The notes beneath the pieces were generated by a model. The model saw nothing but the letters and a program-made list of their open reading frames with translations. It was not told the origin of the DNA and searched no databases. From Amoebophrya sp. A120 (taxonomy: Eukaryota > Protista > Dinoflagellata), in contig CAJINV010000002.1 in assembly GCA_905178155.1 (NCBI GenBank), forward strand, positions 905,809 to 969,808: a DNA stretch of 64,000 nucleotides, written 5' to 3'. Within the stretch, counting starts at the first letter, position 1. Every line of letters begins with the position of its first letter. The position numbers and the translations under genes are program-made. Below, piece by piece: positions 60,840 to 64,000 of the stretch.

Positions 60840-61463
60840 AATGGGATGGATTCAGCGATTCAAAAGTAGGCAATTCAAAAATTTCTTATCCTTCATCTTG
60901 CATCTTCAAAACCTGAAACAAAATATGATCATTTTTGTCATGAATTTTCAATGATTTCTTTGTCTTTCCGAATCGTCGCCAGAAAAGGTATGAAATTAAA
61001 TAGCTAGGTCAGTCTCAACTTGAACTAGATTATCATTTGCATTTGTCATGCCAAAAATGAAAATAGTTCGTTGAAGTATTTCACATGATCATCAAAAATC
61101 AAACTATAAAAAGTAAGGAGCTGCAGTGCCGCCCTGTTTGTCTGGGGCCCCGCACGGGGCCCCGCGACAGCTTGGCGACGTACTTTGGGAGCGGAGCAGC
61201 ACAATCTGTGGCGGAGCAGCTGCACAGTCCTTATTTTTTGCTACCAAAAAATGAAATAGGAATGACATCAATTTAGCTAGTTCAAGTTGAGACTGACCTA
61301 GATATTTCAATTGCATAAATCGCCGATCTCGGTTTCGCCGCTACCTGAATCCGCGTCGTTGCTGCCGAAATGGAAACCGTTTTTGGAAAAAGAAATGACA
61401 TGCATCTTCAAGGAAAAGAAATTTTTGAATCCGCTACTTTTGAATCGCTGAATCCTTCTCATA
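60840..61463. mobile_element. ~620-bp foldback/MITE-like element with nested inverted repeats
   Basis: ggattcagcgattcaaaagtag...ctacttttgaatcgctgaatcc outer IR; ctaggtcagtctcaacttgaactag inner IR (~61004 / ~61277). Confidence 0.85.
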
Positions 61464-61638
61464 GTTTTGCATTTTTTTTTTTGTGAGCATCAGAGTCACA
61501 TGCGCTTCGGTCTGTTTTCACCATGTTGATGAGGACCGGCGGCGGCAGAGAAGATAGTCTTGTTGCAGAAACTCGGAATTTCGTTGTCGCTGAGAGAAGC
61601 TAGCATGAATATGATGACATCATGGGAAATAAAAAAGT

Positions 61639-62433
61639 TTATATTACAGTAATGTAATTATAAAATTCTACCCTGCTCTCCGCATGCTCTTGCATTAGCA
61701 CTGCTAACGCCCCGTTGCCGCCCGCCTCGTGATGCTTCGCATGCTTGGTCCTCCCGGCAGATGATGACTCAGAAGCTGCTGCAATGGAACTACCGCGTGA
61801 TAGTACCGACCGAGAGCGCTTCCGCGGTAAAAACGGCATCTGAATCGACGTTGGAAGCACCCCCGGAATCGTCGGAGGTCGTCTATTATGCATTGCAAAA
61901 GTATCGTACTCGTCGTATAAATGCATCACATTAAAATTTATCATGCGGATTTACCTTTCGAAAAAAATTTGTAATCCATGACTGCAATTACTACGACGAG
62001 TGCGATACTTTTGCACAGGATATCTACTCCTCAGCGTTTGTTCGCCAGAGAAAGTAAAACTGGACCGAAGAAAGTCACGCTCATCTGCGGGATGAAGATC
62101 TTGTTCCCTTTTTGGCGGAGGGCGCTCCTGCTGCAAAAACATTGCCTGCTCCTGCTGGTGCGCCTTTTGCAGCACTAGTTCACGTAGAGATCGTGCCACG
62201 GTAGTAGAAGGCCGGTCTACTTGAAAGAACGGGGTACTAGCAACACCATGTTGTCCTCCTGCGTCGAGTTGTGGAGAAGGTTGCTCCGCATCTTTTTGTC
62301 CACCTTCCGCGGCCAGAAATTCTTCCAGTTGCTGGCCCGACGGGGGGCGGAATAAACCCGAATTGCTCCTGGTCTTCTCCTTGTCGCTGTCAGCCACGGC
62401 GACCACCTCTTGCTCCAGGTCGTGCTGTTCCAC
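61639..62433 (-). CDS. 3' exons of an unknown protein
   Basis: ORF pieces 61951-62445 and 61639-61944 flank element 61887-62022. Confidence 0.45.
61887..62022. mobile_element. Introner family A
   Basis: TIRs; DR tctat/tctac. Confidence 0.87.
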
Positions 62434-62612
62434 TATCAAATGCAAAAGTGTCTGGGTCTGAAAGTAGAGTGCAGACCTTTGCGATGCGGTTTTTGCCTAG
62501 CCCAGACCCGATCTGGGCAACATGCAAGCGCTAGCATCCCAGATTCCGAGCAGGTACTTATCCCGATGCCGAATCCACATTACAAATGCCTTCTTTCTGT
62601 AAGAGCCTGCAC
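62434..62612. mobile_element. Left part of a family B introner, right TIR not found
   Basis: tatcaaatgcaaaagtgtctgggtctgaaa and a cattacaaat motif, then unrelated GC-rich sequence. Confidence 0.6.
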
Positions 62613-64000
62613 GATTAATCGACCCCCTTCTCGATACCGAGAAGCCCCCCCGAGTCCGGATTCTGACCGACCTTACCCCCCCACGCCCCCCTTCTCGAAA
62701 TCGGGGGGCTTTTTATCGCGAACCCTCCGTCCGAAACTGAACGCCAATGCTACGGCGCATTCTGCGCCATTCCTTTCTTTTTTAAGATTACAGCGCCAGA
62801 CGCGGTCTCGCTTCGAGTAGATGCTACTTAGTAGCAAGCGAAACAGACATCGCCCACGCTGTGGCGCTTTTTCTATTTTATGTAGTTTTTCCCGAAAGAG
62901 CGCAGTCAGCTGGCGTTTCGCTCGGCTCGCTGGTTTTGCAGCGCTTAGCAAAAAGCAAAGTAGCCCCCTGCTTCTTCTGATGTCGGCCACTATTATCGCT
63001 AAGACGGCCAGGAAGTCGTTGGGGGGAATGAAGGGCGAAAAAGTAAATATAAAGTTAATGACTGTAATCCTTAACTATTTAGGATAGATCTGATACATGT
63101 CTCGGATAGATCCGGATTTATCACGGATAGATCTTGGATTTGAAAGGTCGCACGCCGACTTTTTCGAAAAAAAAACAAAAAACTTTGACCGAATTTGCAT
63201 TGTTTCTCCTTGCATGAACAGTCGATCGCCGTGGGTTAATAAGGGATGCCCACTCCCCCGGATTGATCCCCTCGTGTAGATCTATCCACAGCGCGCGACA
63301 ATTTCTGGACCAGATATGTGATCTTTCGTTTGATCGTGACACGTGATCGGCTATCTTTTTCGCAATGTTGAAGAGTATGATTTGACGGAGTGAAAAAACA
63401 TATGTGTCGGCAATCGAGGCAGCTCTTGTGATGTTTCTACGCCATCTGAACGCGTTTTGGTTTTGCTTATGTCCACTTGCAGTTACATTCATGATAATGA
63501 TGTTGATTGTCAACATAGAAGGAATTCTGACTCAGCATCGAGCTCAAAACAGTGGTCGAAATGTAAATGTACCTCTACAACGTGCATGTCATGACAATGA
63601 GAGGAAAGTAAAAACATCATCAACATTCAACGAAGAGCTTGAGCGCATACGTCTATACCGCACAAGAAACGAAGGATCAACTTAAACCTAAACATACAGC
63701 AGTAGCTGCGTCATAGATAACGTGTCTCTCATTGCTTGTAGTGTCGATCAAGTGTCACGCAAACGCTTTTCCTTCCCATATCGTTATCAACCACGATCAC
63801 ATCACTTGGATTTCTTCTTGCTCTTCGGCGCCGAAGATGACGATGAAGAGGCCTTGGCTTTGGACTCCTCCTTGCGCTCCCACTCTCCGTCATCGTTCTT
63901 CACGACACCGACCAAGTCCGGGGCGTTGTTCACAATATCTTCGTCGGCCTGAACGTAATTTTTAATCTTTTTCATTTTGCAACTGAAGTTGAAGTGGATG

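Noticed and set aside
7475-62022. Regularly recurring repeats with spacers, CRISPR-like at first sight
   Set aside because: The repeats are inverted pairs with variable spacing, the 'spacers' are exons, no cas genes are present, and the context is eukaryotic.

Overview
This is eukaryotic genomic DNA. It is most consistent with a syndinian dinoflagellate such as Amoebophrya, inferred from genome architecture rather than a database match. All credible genes lie on the minus strand. Their coding sequence is interrupted by roughly 55-57 short non-coding elements (about 110-320 bp, plus two of 620-760 bp) from at least 10 sequence families. Nearly all begin TAT and end ATA, carry family-specific terminal inverted repeats, and are flanked by a 5-bp direct repeat. 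In the cases I translated by hand, removing the element plus one repeat copy restores the reading frame, often with no GT-AG available, so they behave as non-canonical introns (introners). The families share a repeated internal motif, GCAT(T/G/C)ACAAA / TTTGT(A/C/G)ATGC. Recognisable genes are ribophorin I (RPN1/OST1, 33477->28291) and a ~2,900-aa gene (47663->36186) that joins a long disordered region with an eIF4E-binding-type motif to a divergent, probably inactive CAF1/POP2 domain. Also present: an RT-less RNase H + CCHC zinc-finger LINE fragment, several unknown genes, insertions with long target duplications (36, 42 and ~141 bp), a filled/empty introner site pair, a diverged copy of a neighbouring gene's exon, an 858-bp-period tandem duplication and a 3.3-kb G-rich satellite. 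Coordinates were read by eye and may be off by a few bases.
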